Shown here: positions 11,851-25,150 of the stretch, piece by piece
Numbering within the stretch: position 1 is the first letter of the stretch
Layout of the letters: every line of letters starts with the position of its first letter
DNA from: Felis catus
Taxonomy: Eukaryota
Direction: 5' to 3'
Assembly: GCF_018350175.1 (NCBI RefSeq)
Contig: NC_058382.1
Location: 55,740,001 to 55,804,000 of the forward strand
DNA length: 64,000 bases
Translations under genes and position numbers: made by a program
The notes under the pieces: generated by a model
The model's database searches: none
What the model was told of the DNA's origin: nothing
Seen by the model: only the letters and a program-made list of their open reading frames with translations

Positions 11851-12654
11851 CCGAGATGAGACACAGGTGTGACTGTGAATAGTCCATTTTATTGATTCAT
11901 TCAACAAATAATTATTGGGCATCTCTTCAATATTGATTGATAAAGGCACTAAATCATCCCAGATCATCATTTCTGACTACTCCTAACCCTGTACAACCTT
12001 TCCCAGGAGAATATGCTCACAATCTGTCTTTGTTTTTAACTTCTATCTCAATAATAAATTTGCAGTGTATACACTGTTGTGGAACAAACCCCACCATTTT
12101 TATTTTGTCTATTTTACAATTTAAAAGTTGCCTTTATAGCCTTTTGATAGTTCTCTCCTATTTCCAACCACCAAATATTATGGCTCTAAGAGACGTTTAG
12201 GGCTCAAGGGGTATCGCTGGCATCTGTGTAGCATACCCTGGTGGTGGTGGTGGTGGTGGTGGATTTGGGGGTGCAGAGGCACTGAGAGGATTTGGGAGAT
12301 TAAGATCTCTGTGAACGAACAAAGAATTATTCTGGAGTTATGGTCAGATACTGTCCTACTAAGCGAAATTCACAAGAGATGCACTCATTACCCTAGTTGA
12401 GGCTAGTCCACCCCACCAAGGAGGTTTGGGAGAAGTGAGATTGTGGTTTCTCCTGGGCATACTGCTGAACTAGTGCTCCCAGCTTCCCCTGTGAGTAGTT
12501 AACAGGGTTATTAGGGAGAGTGGCTATCCCCCCTGAGGCTGACAAAGACACCCCCACCAGTGGCAGCATCAATATCGCAGACGCAGACACTCAGCTGCAT
12601 AGGTTACTGGAACCTCAGGCCACTGGGTTCTTCACTTGGTTCTAAGTGACAGCC

Positions 12655-12819
12655 TGGGCACACATCAGAACCCCCTGGAGGGCGTGCAAAACAGGGTGCC
12701 TGGCCTCAGCCCCAGAGTCCCCGTTCAGTGGGTCAGGGGTGTGGCTTGAGAGTTTGCTCTCCTAACAAATTCCTGGTCCTGCGGCTGCTGGCTCCAGGAC
12801 CAGACTTTGAGAATTGCTG
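12655..12819 (+). mobile_element. MER5A-like hAT MITE
   Basis: catcagaaccccctggaggg...ttcagtgggtc...ctaacaaattcc...gaccagactttgagaattgctg. Confidence 0.75.
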
Positions 12820-12938
12820 GCATGTATTTACCCTGTTCTCCTCTTCCTTCTTTGGTGGCTCCAGAAGGTTAATTTCCTTGTGAGCTAGGGAGATAGCCAG
12901 AAGGGTATGCCTTAGGTTGGGGAAGTTTTCTTTTTCTT

Positions 12939-12969
12939 TTCTTTTTTTTAATGTTTATTTATTTTTGAC

Positions 12970-13007
<38 letters not shown>

Positions 13008-13195
13008 CGCGCGCGCGCGCGCGCGCGCGCGCGCGCATGAGTGGGGGAGGGGCAGAGAGAGGGAAACACAGAATCTGAATCAGGCTTCAGGTTCTGAGCT
13101 GTCGGCGCAGAGTCTGATGTGGGGCTTGAACTCACAGACCGTGAGATCATGACCTGAGCCGAAGTCGGACGCTCAACCGAACCACCCAGGTGCCC
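12939..13195 (-). mobile_element. Can-SINE containing (GA)n(GC)15
   Basis: TSD ggaagtttt(c/a)tttttctt at 12921-12938 and 13197-13214. Confidence 0.95.
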
Positions 13196-13319
13196 TGGAA
13201 GTTTTATTTTTCTTAACTGTAATTATTTAAAACCTAAGAAAATTCTACTGAACACCACTGTGCCAACTCCCCTTTTACCAAATGTTAACAGTTTTCCTGA
13301 TCCCTAACTAAAGCTATTG

Positions 13320-13530
13320 CTTATATAGGTGATTTGCATGGCATAACTTACTACTTACTTACTTCTAAGACAACTGTAGGAGAGACGTTTTCTTGCTGAC
13401 CCATATTGCAGAGGAAGAGATTAAGGTCCATAGAGGTTTACAGCTGCTTGCCAGAGGGCCCACAGCTAGCAAGCAGGATCCTCGATTTGAGCTCAGGGAG
13501 CCTGTTTTCAGGGAATCCGTGCCCTTCACC
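13320..13530 (-). mobile_element. MIR
   Basis: cccatattgcagaggaagagattaagg...cacagctagcaag...gatttgagctcagg. Confidence 0.65.
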
Positions 13531-15730
13531 AACACAGTAATCTACCCACAGAGATTTAAGAGCTTTCTTTCTCTTTTTAAAAATTTTTTTAAAGGTGAAA
13601 CATTAGAGATTCAGTCCAAATCCTGTCTGTACCCTATCCCTGACCTCAGTTCCACTTATACAGGCATTGACTCTCCTACAGTTGGTTGAATTCAGGGGGA
13701 AAGTTTTTAGAGTCTCATTTGGGTCCTTTGTGGAATTGTCTTGCCATTGCCTGTGAGTCTGGTCATTTTTTCCTTCGGTCACAGAGCAAATGGCCAAACT
13801 TTGGTTCTAAGCCTTTAACAGCTCATTTCTCACCCACAGAGACGTTTTCAGGTGTCCTAGAGAATGTGGCCAGCCTCCTGCCCAAGTTTATGTTCCGTTC
13901 CTCTCGAGTGGTCTCTCCAAGCCCCAGCCACTGTCATCCATTTCTCCCCACTGGCTGGTTGCATTCCACCATCCTGGCCGGAGTGTGCTGCCCGACTGCC
14001 TCATCCTTGCACGTGGCCTCTCCCCTGGTCTCTTCCACCCGGTGCTTCGCTCATTCATTTACTAACATTTATTGAGCACCTGCTGTGTGCCAGGCACTCT
14101 CATTGGCCCCTGGGGATGCAGCAGTGGGGGCCAGATGCACAAATCCCTGCCTTTCTGAGTGCTTATAATCTACTCCCCCTTGGTTCTCTCTCCGCTGCTG
14201 TTGATCAGGTTTTTTTCCCCAAGATCTGTGCTCTGCAGTCTAAACATTAGCCTGTTGTCCTCCCACAACCTGCCTCCAGAATCAGACCCTGGTTCTTGTA
14301 TCCTGCTTCCACTTCTCCAGAAAGACACTCAGGGTATCAATTCCTCTTTGAGCATGAGGGCAGGCATGAACTTCAGACATTGTATAAACCTGAGGGTTTC
14401 AAATTTGGTACCTACTTAGGACAACCTTATCTCGAAGCAAAACTGTAGGAAGTCTGAGCTGCTCGGGTATAAGCCAGGCAGGACAGCTGGGAGCTCTCTG
14501 CCTGGCTCATCTTTTTTTGTGGTGATGCCCAAGGCTCTGGCATGACACAAAACACAATTTAACAACCACGCCTGCACAAGTCGCCTGCCCACTGAAATTG
14601 ACATCCTAGGTATACCACCCCACCCCCACCCCGGCGACCCTGGCCAGTTTTCCGAGGCCACTGTCTCAGCCTGCATTTAATTGATTTTTGCTCCCGTTGA
14701 CCGACATCCTGGGCTGCTGGTTTTGTCATTGTGTTCTTTTGTTATTGTTGTTGTACTTGTCAGGACTTATTTGCTTTGAGGAAAAAAGGCTCAACCCACG
14801 TACTATGAGAAATTGGCTCTGACGTGTATTTCTTTTCCTTTTCCAGAGAAGTTTCCTTATACATTTTCTCAAAGTGTCATTAAACTCTAATAGGCTTCCC
14901 CCCAGAACTCCCCCCGCCCAAGACTGACTTAACCAAGCATTTTCTGAAAACAAGGTGACTCTTATTTAAGGATTCTGAATGTATTCCAGTTCTTGGCAGT
15001 CTTAAGCACACAGCTGAATGCGTGCTAAGTCTAGCATGGATAATTACACCAGCTGTGACCTTTTAGAAACATGTATTTGGACTAAAGCAGTGTTTAGTCA
15101 CTTTTGATTGACTTAGGTTTTACCTAGTTTATATTTGGTAAACTTCAAATATTTGCTCCCGTATAAGCTGGTTAAACTTCTCAAGAGGAGCGCCGTGTGT
15201 GGCCTGCTGGGTGGGACAGCCTCTCTGTCATGTCAGTGACACAGCAGACCGCGTGTGCTTTTGCACTTGCGTGTGCACACCCATGTGTGTGCACACGATT
15301 AGAGGCAGGTGGAGTGGCGGATGACATTTGGAAGTAATGTTGCCTGATGCTGCCACGGATGGGGCATGACGTCCAGAAGGGCCCTGGCTGTCTGCAGACA
15401 GACTTGAGCTGTTACTGCTTTAAAGACAGTTTGCAGCTGCCCAAGAGGCAGGGGAGAGCTGTCAGAGAGGACCCGCTCTCCCATTTGTGCTCGCTAGCCT
15501 CGAGTGATCTCGGACCACCCTGTCAAATTCTCTGAGCCTCAACATTTCCATCTGCAAAATGGGAGTGATGTGACCCCCTACCGGCTCCATGTGCTGTTGA
15601 AGAATTAGGGATTCTGCAGATTCCCTGCTGCACACAGTTGGAATTCAATAATGGTATAAAACCTCCATACTTGGGTTTCTTGACACCTGCTCATCTTTTC
15701 TGCAGAAACTCTGATTTGGGCATTCTTCTT

Positions 15731-15764
15731 TAAAAAATTTTTAAGAAAACGTTTATTTCTTTAT

Positions 15765-15811
<47 letters not shown>

Positions 15812-15975
15812 AAGCGGGGGAGTACAGGGAGAGGAAGAGAGAGAGAGAATCCCGAGCAGGCTGTGCATCATCAGCGTGGAGCCCGATGCAGGGCTAGAAC
15901 TCATGAAATGTGAGATCGTGACCTGAGCTGAAATCAGGAGTGGGAGGCTTAACCCACCGAGCTCCCCTTGTGCCT
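15731..15975 (-). mobile_element. Can-SINE
   Basis: TSD tgggcattc(t/c)tctt at 15717-15730 and 15977-15990; (GA)n. Confidence 0.93.
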
Positions 15976-16453
15976 CTGGGCATTCCTCTTCTGCCACACT
16001 CCCTACTCTTGATTGCTTGGTGTAGACTGCAGAAGGTGCCAGAATTCTGCCCACATCCCCTTGCCCTCACCATCCCAGTGGAAGCCCTTTTGTCTTCTAA
16101 CTGCCCCAAACTGCATCTTCCCCCCTGGATTTCCCTGGCCACCGGAACCCACTCCACAGACTGGCAGTCTTGAGGAACTCACGTCCTCCTCACCTCCTAT
16201 GCCAGGGACAGTTCTCCCCCAGTGGCAGATGGGACCTGGTGTACACACCCCAGCCTCCTTAGCTCTCAGTGTGGTGAGGCATGTGTTCTACAATGAATGC
16301 CAGAGTTTCCTGAAGGGAATAGCTTCAGTGGCCTGCAGTGTAGCTGGCTTGAAAACATTCCCTTTATTGCTTCTTGAGCGTCTTCACGACAGGGTAGCTG
16401 GCATCCAGAAGATCCAAGAGAGCAAGGTGGAAGAAGCAGTGTCTTCTCAGCCC

Positions 16454-16877
16454 TGTGTGTTTCCTGTGGCCGCCATAGCTAATGGCTAAAAACTTGGTGG
16501 TTTAAACAACACACATCTATTCTCTTACAGCTCTCTAGGTCAGAAGTCCAAAATCAATTTCGCTGGGCTAAAAGCAAGGTGTCAGCTGGGCTGTGTTCCC
16601 TCCAGAGGCTCGAGGGGAGATTCGTTTACAGATTCTTGAGATCATCCTCATTCCTCAGATCACGGCTGCATCATATCACCTTCTGTCTCTTTGTTGGTCA
16701 GATCCTCGCTGCCCTGCTCTTACAAGGTCCAGTGGTTACTTAGGACCTATCCGAATAGTCCAGGAAAATCTCCCCATGTGGAGATCCTTAATCACATCTG
16801 TAAAGTCCCTTTTGTCATTTAAGGTAATGTTCAGAGGTTCCAGGGGTTAGGATGTGGACATTACTCAGCTGACCACA
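16454..16877 (-). mobile_element. MaLR LTR (MLT1C-like), nested in an older MLT1 LTR (~16230-17022)
   Basis: aacttggtggtttaaacaac...ctaaaagcaaggtgtcagc...cacatctgtaaagtccctttt...ggttaggatgtggaca; flanks carry gagagcaaggtggaag and gagtcactaggtccagc. Confidence 0.8.
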
Positions 16878-18132
16878 ACCTACCCTCGGGTTATCTCCTG
16901 TCACCTCCTCCTCCTCCTCCTAGTGACTTAGAAATGAGTCACTAGGTCCAGCACATACTCAAAGGTGGGGAATTAGGGTCCTCTTTTTGAAGGGAAGACT
17001 ATAGACATATTTTGAAACCACAAATTTGAATGACCCCAACTAAGACATCTTGGCACAAGCAAACATACACCCCAGTTTCTCATCCTTTCTCTTCCCCAAA
17101 GTTCAGTTGCTAAGAGACCTGAAGTCTTGCACTGGCCTCCCTGCTCTCTCTCTGAGCTGAGTGGGTTATACCCCAACCTAAGGACACTCAGGGTATCTCA
17201 TTCTCAGCTGCCCTTCCTGGGACAGAGTGCTCATAAGGACACCAAAGTCAAAATAATCTTAAACTCTGCTGTCTGTTGCCTCTTTTGCCTTTGTGTGGGG
17301 GGGGTCATGATTCATATGGTTGAAAAATAATTTCCTATATAAAGACTGGAGGCAGCAGGAGAAAAAACAAAGACTGAAATTTTATGTTATCTGCCACTCT
17401 TTACTCCTTTGTGTTAATCAGTCGGTATTTATTGAGAGCATACTATGTACCAGGTGCTGGGACAGCTGGCACAGAGTGATGAGCATGTGGGCATGGGGCA
17501 TACTTCCAGTCCCAGGTGACTTCAGACAGTGACACAATGACCCCCCCCAGGTGCATTGTGACCACAAGTGCCCCCCTTTCCCTCCCTCTTCCCCTCCTTT
17601 TCCCTTCCTTTTTCTTCTTCCTTTGTGGTCCAAAAGCATTGGGATTTTCACAAGTAGCCAGGAAAGGGGCCACTAGTATGCTTTTACTATTGGTACTATA
17701 AGGCAAACCCCATTTTAACAAGGGCCCTACAGCCCCAATTCCTGAAAAGCAGACAGATTGAGAAGCTGATCGCAGATGAGGGAGGTGTAAGGCAACCCTG
17801 CCATGGAATGCATTTGGGCAGTTCCATTTGGAGCCACAACAGGAACTGACCTCCCGTGGTCTCAGAACTGACAAAATCCTAGGGCCCCAAAGAGACCATG
17901 CAGATGAACATCTTTGGGCCATTAACTCGGTTTTGTCAGATGCTTCAGATTAGGGAAGAAGCCAGTCTGCCTGCTGGGTTTGGCTATCAGCCTTGATGAG
18001 GATCTTCAAGTCAGCAACCCCCGGTAGCAAGAGTTGCCCCAGACAAACCTTTGTGGCATCCACTGTCAGCCTGTTTTTGCCTCTGCTCAGGCCTGTTCCT
18101 GGCTTGGGTGTCTCATGCTGATCCTGCTTGCA

Positions 18133-18890
18133 ACTTTTTTTATAACAGCTTTATTGAGATATAGTTCACATACTATACAATTTACCAATTTCAAGTGTAC
18201 AATTCAATGCTTTTTTCTTGATTTATTCACAAAATGGTACAACCATCCCCACAATTAATTTTGGAAAATTTTTATCCCGCTTAAAAGGAATCCCCTACCC
18301 TTAGCTATCACCCCCTAATACTCTTATCCTCCCCTTCAGCACAAAGGAACAACTAATGTAGTTTTGGTCTTTGTGGATTTTCCTGTTTAGACATTTCATA
18401 TACATGGAATCATACAATATGTGGTCTTTTCTGTTGACTTCTTTCTCTTAGCATAATGTTCTCAAGGTTCATCTGCATTACAGCATTTTTCAGTACTTCA
18501 TTCCTTTTTATGGCTGAGTAATATTCCATTTCATGGATACACTGGATTTTATTTGTCCATTTATTTGTTGATGGAAATTTGGGTTGTTTCTACCTGTTGG
18601 TTATTATGGATAATGCTGCTATGAATATTTATGTATGTGTTCTTCTGTGGGCACATGTTTTCATTTCTCTGACAGTGGACCTGCTGGGTCATATGGTAGC
18701 CCTATGTTCACTTTTCTAAGGAACTGAAAGACTGATTTCCAAAGTGACTGCACCGAAGTGGAATTTTGCAATCCCATCAGCAGTGTAGGAGAGTTCCAGT
18801 TCATCCACACCCTTGTCAACACTTTTTGTTGTCTGTCTTTTTGGGTATAGCCATCCTAGTGGGTGTCGAATGGTATCTCACTGTGGCCTG
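18133..18890 (-). mobile_element. L1MB-like 3' fragment
   Basis: cagctttattgagatatagttcacatac...gacatttcatatacatggaatcatac...atagccatcctagtgggtgt. Confidence 0.9.
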
Positions 18891-19324
18891 CTTGGAATTC
18901 AACATCTCTTGAAGGTTGATTTTTCCATGTTGGCGGTGCCCATGTCTCCTTTGGTACCATCTCCCTGCATCTTGCCCCGTGTCTAGCTCATGGTAGATTC
19001 TCAGGCACCATGTGGATTTTCCATATTTGCTATTCACAGTGACACCCATCTCCTGCTTCACAAACAAGACTTTTCGTATTCTATCCATGATCTCCTTTTA
19101 CCATGTGAATACTCACCCTAACCTTTAGCTCTACATTTCTGTCCAAGGATGGCCATTTTTTCCTTGGAATTCATGCTAACTCAGTTTCTTAGGACAGAAT
19201 CTACTTCAGATGCCCAGAATGCACCACAGATGCCCAATAAAGTAGCCGATGTTAGTTCTCCCAGCCCAGTATCTGGCCCAGAGGTGCTTCCTTCTGAGAA
19301 ATGCTTCCTTCCTTTTCCTTGCCT

Positions 19325-20070
19325 TATGTATGAGTTTCCTATGGCTGCTGTCACAAATTACCACAAACCTGGTGGCTTAAAACAACGCAGATTTATTTCT
19401 TGAGAGTTGTGTAGGTCAGAAATCCAAGAAAGGTCTCAGTGGGCTAAAATCAAGGTGTGAGCAGGGCTGTGTTCCTTTCGGGGGAAAGAATCCATTTGTT
19501 TTTGTTTTTTTTTTTTCCTTTTTCCTCTGTCTAGAAGACACCTATTCCTTGATGCTTAGTGACTACCTTCATGTTCAAAGCCAGCAACATTACATTTCTC
19601 AGAACCTGCTTTGTCACATCTCTGACTCTCCTGCCTCTTTCCTGTACTTCCCCCCCCCCCTTTCTTTCTTTCTTTTTATTTGAGAGAGAGAGAGCATGAG
19701 TTGTGGAGGGTCAGTGGGAGAGAGAGAAAAAGAGAATCTTAAACAGTCAGCTCCACAGTCAGCTCAGCACAGAACCAAATGTGGGGCCCAGTCCCACGAC
19801 CCTGGGATCATGACCTGAGCCGAAATCAAGAGTCAGATGCTCAACCTACTGAGCCTCCCAGGTGCCCCTCCTGCGTGTACTTTTAAGGATCCTTGTGATT
19901 ACATTGGGCCCCTCTGGACAGTCAAGGATAATCTCTTATTTTAAGGTCAAGTGATTAACAATCTTAATTCCATTTGCAACCTTCCTTGTCCTTTGGAAGG
20001 TAGCAACATATTCACAGGCTCTAAGGATTCCCATGTGGACGTCTGTGGGAGCCATTAGCCTGCCTAGCGC
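19325..20070 (-). mobile_element. MaLR LTR (MLT1C-like) interrupted by a Can-SINE (19650-19868)
   Basis: gtttcctatggctgctgtcacaaattaccacaaacctggtggcttaaaacaac ... ttgtgattacattgggccc; SINE ends ...ccaggtgcccc. Confidence 0.88.
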
Positions 20071-21449
20071 ACCTTGGTTTCATTCTTCCCTCTCACTTTT
20101 TACCCTTCTTGCCTTCCTTTGCTCTCTCTCCCTTGCCTCCCACTTGCTCCTACCACATTTTAATAGGGGAAGAAGTCGAGCAGACTGTCACTTTACCAAG
20201 CAGGCAATGCTGGCAGGTCAATAGCAGTTCTGGGGTCATTACTGAAATGCCAAAGGCAGTAGAAGCTGTCTGTCAAAATCGGCCTTGTAACTTGTAGGTC
20301 TTTCAGAGTGTATTTTTAAATGGAACGTTAACTCCACGAAGCTCATGTTTTTCGAGAATATTATGAATTTGCAAATCTCAGAATGCAATTCTTTCATCCT
20401 TTAATCAGAACCATTCAAAAGGCAAGTTATTCAGGCTTTGTGCACAAGGAGGATAAATTGCTGGGTGGCGCAGTTGCATCTTGGAGCCGCGAGGAAAACC
20501 GGGAGGGAAGTCCTTCCGTCCTGTGACCTTCACTTCAGCCTGTGAGTGAAGGCTCGAGCCGTGACATGGAAGGAAGGGGTGTCAGGGCCGTAATTGGCTT
20601 AAACCTTGAGAAAGATAAACCTGGAAGGTGAACGGGAGGGAAAGAAAAGGAAGCAAAGGAATCACAAAGCAATCTACACTTTCTTTTTCCTTTTTTTTCT
20701 ATGAATACATTTGCAGGATGACAGATGAAAACAGTCTTATTCATTCAACACATCTTTCCTTGGGTGTGTGCAGTTTGCAAGAGAAACATTATGCAATCGG
20801 TGTGAGGCAGGAAAATTATAAGACAAAGAAACAGAGGGCGGTACCTTTTCTTTCACTGAGCTAATACTGACATAATCACGCCCTAGGCACCACAAGGTGG
20901 CAAGGGCACGCTGAGGTCATCTGTGGTGGGCGGTTCGCACCCATGTCCTGTGCCTCCTGCACTCAGCTCCGTCTCCGGACCGGGTAGTGTTGGCGGTGCT
21001 TAGTGCCCTGCTTCCTGCTGCAAGAGACGAGGCAGCGTGATTCTGAGCCAGCAGAGGATGTGCCCGGGCTGGTCAGTCAGGACTGAATGGGGCCAGATGA
21101 AGGGATAGTTGGAACTCACTGGCCGCAGCCGCAGCAGAGCCTGGTAGCGCACTGGTGGCATCCAGTCAGGCTGCTTTGCCAAAAGGTGCTACCTTGGTCC
21201 TCTAAGACTGACTTGGCTCACGCCTGTTTTCCAAGTTGGGTTTTCCGTCTTCTCATCGTGTGAACCCAGTTTTCTTCTCTAAATTGCTTCTCCGCTTAAC
21301 ATCGCAAAATTTGTTTTTTTGTTGCTTGTGACTCCGAGCCCTGGTGGATCACGCTGTTTATTAGCCGGGAGAAAATGAGCTTAGTGGCTGCAGACTGTAA
21401 ACATGCAGGAAGTCAGGACACTAGGGCTTAGGGACCAGCGTTTCCCTCC

Positions 21450-21930
21450 GCCAGGAGGGATCTTCCCTTGCTCTTCCTGGACATTCAGGTCCTTGTTAAA
21501 TGCCACCATCTCAGAGAGGATTTCTACAGCCAGCCTGCTCAAGCCACCCACCCTCTTGCTCTCTACCAAGCAAGTCTGCAGCCCTGGAGATACATTGGAG
21601 TAACCTGAGAGCTATAAAAATATTAGTGTCCAGGTCCTACCCACCATGGATTCTGATTTAATCTGGTGATCGGCTGGCTCACCTGGATTTTACATATCAC
21701 CCTAGATGATTCTAATGTGCAGTTGAGGTAGGGAATCCCTCACCTATCACACCACCCTGTCTGGATTCTCTGCAAGGCGCTTACCCTCTCACGCGTACAT
21801 TTTCTACTTTTCGGATTTGAATACTGGTTGTCTTCCTGCACCATGATGTGAGCTCAGTGGGAACAAAAGCTTTCTCTTGTTCACGTGCTTTGTAGTAAAT
21901 AATACAACAAATACCGAATGAATGAATCAA
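21450..21930 (+). mobile_element. L2 interrupted by MER5-type MITE (~21575-21738)
   Basis: aaatgccaccatctcagagagg; gattctgatttaat...gatgattctaatgtgcag; ...gaatgaatgaat. Confidence 0.7.
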
Positions 21931-22249
21931 CAGCACAAACATTTCTTTCCTTTTCTCGGCTTGTTGCCTTCCAGTGTGCTCAGATTTGCTTTGGGTGGTA
22001 CCTGAGCACTCTGTCTCCATCTCCCTCCCTTCTGGGTTTTCGTGTCGACTCTCAGCCTGAGATCCATCCCTGCCATTGCTGCATGGACTTGGAGGCTTGG
22101 ACACAGACATTCCAAGCCTCGTCTTGGGAGGGCAGTCATGGAACTTTAGATTTCTCAGGTGAGGCAGGGCAGCGGAGGGGCTTAGCTTTTCCACCCTTCA
22201 GTGAAGGATTAACAGAACAGCACACTCTCTCTCTGAGGAGGCTTGTTTC

Positions 22250-22490
22250 TTCCGGTCTGGGTATAGGGGTTAATTGTGTGGGCTTGACCCAAACTGCCTG
22301 GGTTTAAACTTTGGCTCTGCCTCCTTGAAGCTCTGTGCCCTTGGGCAAGTGACCTCACCTCTTTGTGCCTAATTTTCTCCATGGGTAAAATGGGGGCATT
22401 AATAATGAACCTTATTTCACATGGCTGTTTGTATGAGATGAATTTACTGTTTTGATAGCCTAACTTAAGTGCTGTGCATTGTGCTAAAAG
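22250..22490 (+). mobile_element. MIR
   Basis: ccttgggcaagtgacctcacctctttgtgcct...taaaatgggg. Confidence 0.85.
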
Positions 22491-24189
22491 AGTCACCAGC
22501 CCTGAAGTTAAGCAGGAGTGTATATGCGGTGGTTGGGGGGAGGGGGCAGTGCAGTAAAGGGGTGTGGAGCGACTGTGATGGTCAGCTTACTGAGTGACCA
22601 CTGGGAGGTGGGCCTAAGGCTAAGTGTTTTCCTTGGAACTTTGTATTAAATTTTCACAACCGCATAAGCCAGGCACTATGATTATCTCCAATTTTGTAGA
22701 TTTATGAGCCAGAATCCAAACCCTAACAGGTCTGCTTGACTCCAGAACCCAAGGTGAGTTATTGCTGCGAGGGCCTGAATTAAACAGCATTGTGTGGTGA
22801 ACTCAGGGTGGGGCGTGGGCTGAACTGGAGGAAGGATGTGAGGAGCTGGGATGGATGTGGGCAGACTTCTCGTCGAAGGCGTTTTGAGTGGTAACCTCAA
22901 GCAAGCGGGGAGGCCAGCGAGGACATTGCAGGCGTCCATAACTGTGCCCACCGAGGGGGAGGTGGGCATGAGCCAGAAGAGGAGGCTGCTTCATTAGCGG
23001 CTCTCTACCTTGCCGGGGATGCCCCGCTGGCAGAGTGTATGCGAAACCTCCCCTGCGAATTTCCACCTTCCTTCCTGGCTTATTCTCTCCTATCTGAGGG
23101 CTTTCCCCGCCCCCCCCCCCCATATTCTCCCTTCCTTTCTGCCCCACTCCTCCTCCACTCTGATGATAGAACAGTCGATGTATTCATCCTAACATCCAAC
23201 GAATATTACATATATTGAGGGCCTGCTTTGGGCCAGGCAGTTGCTACAGGTAGGACAGTGAGAACACTCTCATTTCAGTACTCACCACCCCCTCAGCTCC
23301 CCCCAGCTGCAGGTGCTTTGGTCACAGAGAGCCCCCAGCATACCCCTGCCAGTCTCCGTGTGCTTCCCTGGGTGAGCCTCCAGTTCCACATCAGAAACTC
23401 AGCTGGGGACCAGGAAAATGCACAAAGGAAAAAATCACAAGCTGCAGGTAGACTCATGCCAGTTTTCCTCCCAAGACCCCCTTCAGACCCATTATTAGAT
23501 GAGACTATGGGCCACAGGGAGCCTGTGTCTTCAAATGCTGCCCAATTTCCTCAGAAGTGTGCCTAGCCACCCGGGATTAGGTAGGTGGGACTACGGATCA
23601 GAAAATGATTGTTTCTCCTCTCTCAAGGAAACATCCCACCGCGTGTTTTTCTCCAAGAGAAAAATCTTGCTTCGCATTCTGTTCTAGGGCAGGCTGACTC
23701 TTTCTGGAAACCACCCACTTGCGTGGATTTTTGCAATGATCCTCACGTGAAAGCCCCCTCCCCGTAGCCCATTAGTAGCCAGGTGTTTCCCAAGTGGGAC
23801 TCTAGCCGTGGAATCCCTGCCTCCACTCTGGCAAAAAGCTTCTCAGGGCTCCTAGAAGGAGCAAGGAGGTCAGCACCTTGCACCTGCAGAGCCTCATGGT
23901 TGGCCCTGCTTCAGTCTGGTCTGATTTACACCTCCCTCTTCTGCTGGGAAGCACTTTCTTCTCCTTTGTTCATCCCATCATCCACTCTTTCAGCTCTGCA
24001 GTTGGTTCCCAGCTTAGTTCCTGAATCCCTTTACCACAGGCTCACATCGAATTTACCCCAGCTGTGATTTCACCTGTATTAGTGTGGCCCTTTCGTTAAT
24101 ATCTGTGTCTCCTGTGAGCACAGTCGGAGTCGGGAGCTCTTGTCTCATTTTTCCTCCCCGCTAGGAGAGAATTCTAGACTTACGGCTGT

Positions 24190-24580
24190 TTCCCAACATT
24201 CATTTGTCTGTCCTACCCTAATAACTGAGCCTTGAATTCTCTCAGAGCAGCAACATGCTCAGTTGAAAGACCGTGTTTCTCAGCCTCTCTTGCACTGAAA
24301 TGCGGCCAGGTGAGAGAAAGTTATGGATATAAAGGATTGTATGAAACACATGGGAAGACTGTCAGATGGAATATGACATCAGCAGCGAAGGCACTTTTGA
24401 CCTTCTTCTCATTGCTTGGGATGTGGAGATGATGGCTGGAACTTGAGCAACCACTGTTAGACCATGAGGTAAAGCTGTAGCTTGGCAAAACATCAAGATA
24501 GAAGGAGGCTGTACCCCTGATAACCATCAGAGTCCCCATACCAACTCTGGACTACCTGATTTCAGGCTTCTTTTGTTTTA
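24190..24580 (+). mobile_element. MaLR LTR (MLT1J-like), 3' truncated
   Basis: tttctcagcctctcttgca...gatggctgga...ttagaccatgagg...tggactacct. Confidence 0.65.
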
Positions 24581-24751
24581 CCTTAAAATATCATTTTTGT
24601 TGATTCTTTCCCGTATAAGATTTGTTCAAATTATATGTATTTGAAGTGGTAAGATCACAGCTACAGAATAAGCCATCCTGTAACAAATCCATTTATAAAA
24701 CTCATAAACACTGTTTTCTCTTTTATATATTGTATTATGTGCTTTCTTTTT

Positions 24752-25001
24752 TATTTTTTATTTTTTTTATTTTTTTTATTTTTTTTTTAATTTTTTTTTT
24801 CAACGTTTATTTATTTTTGGGACAGAGAGAGACAGCATGAACGGGGGAGGGGCAGAGAGAGAGGGAGACACAGAATCGGAAACAGGCTCCAGGCTCTGAG
24901 CCATCAGCCCAGAGCCTGATGCGGGGCTCGAACTCACGGACCGCGAGATCGTGACCTGGTTGAAGTCGGACGCTTAACCGACTGCGCCACCCAGGTGCCC
25001 C
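24752..25001 (-). mobile_element. Young feline Can-SINE
   Basis: CpG-rich, near consensus (caacgtttattt...gaactcacggaccgcgagatcg...gactgcgccacccagg); long tail; TSD tgtgctt(t)ctttttta. Confidence 0.97.
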
Positions 25002-25150
25002 TGTGCTTCTTTTTTAAAGGGCATACAAAAGGTAAACTTAACAATACTTCGTCTTCTCCCAGTTTTGGAGAAATACTTCCTAATTCAAAATCCTGTACCT
25101 GATAAGAAAAAAAAGTTCCCACAAATTGACAATTATCCCCTGACTTCTCT

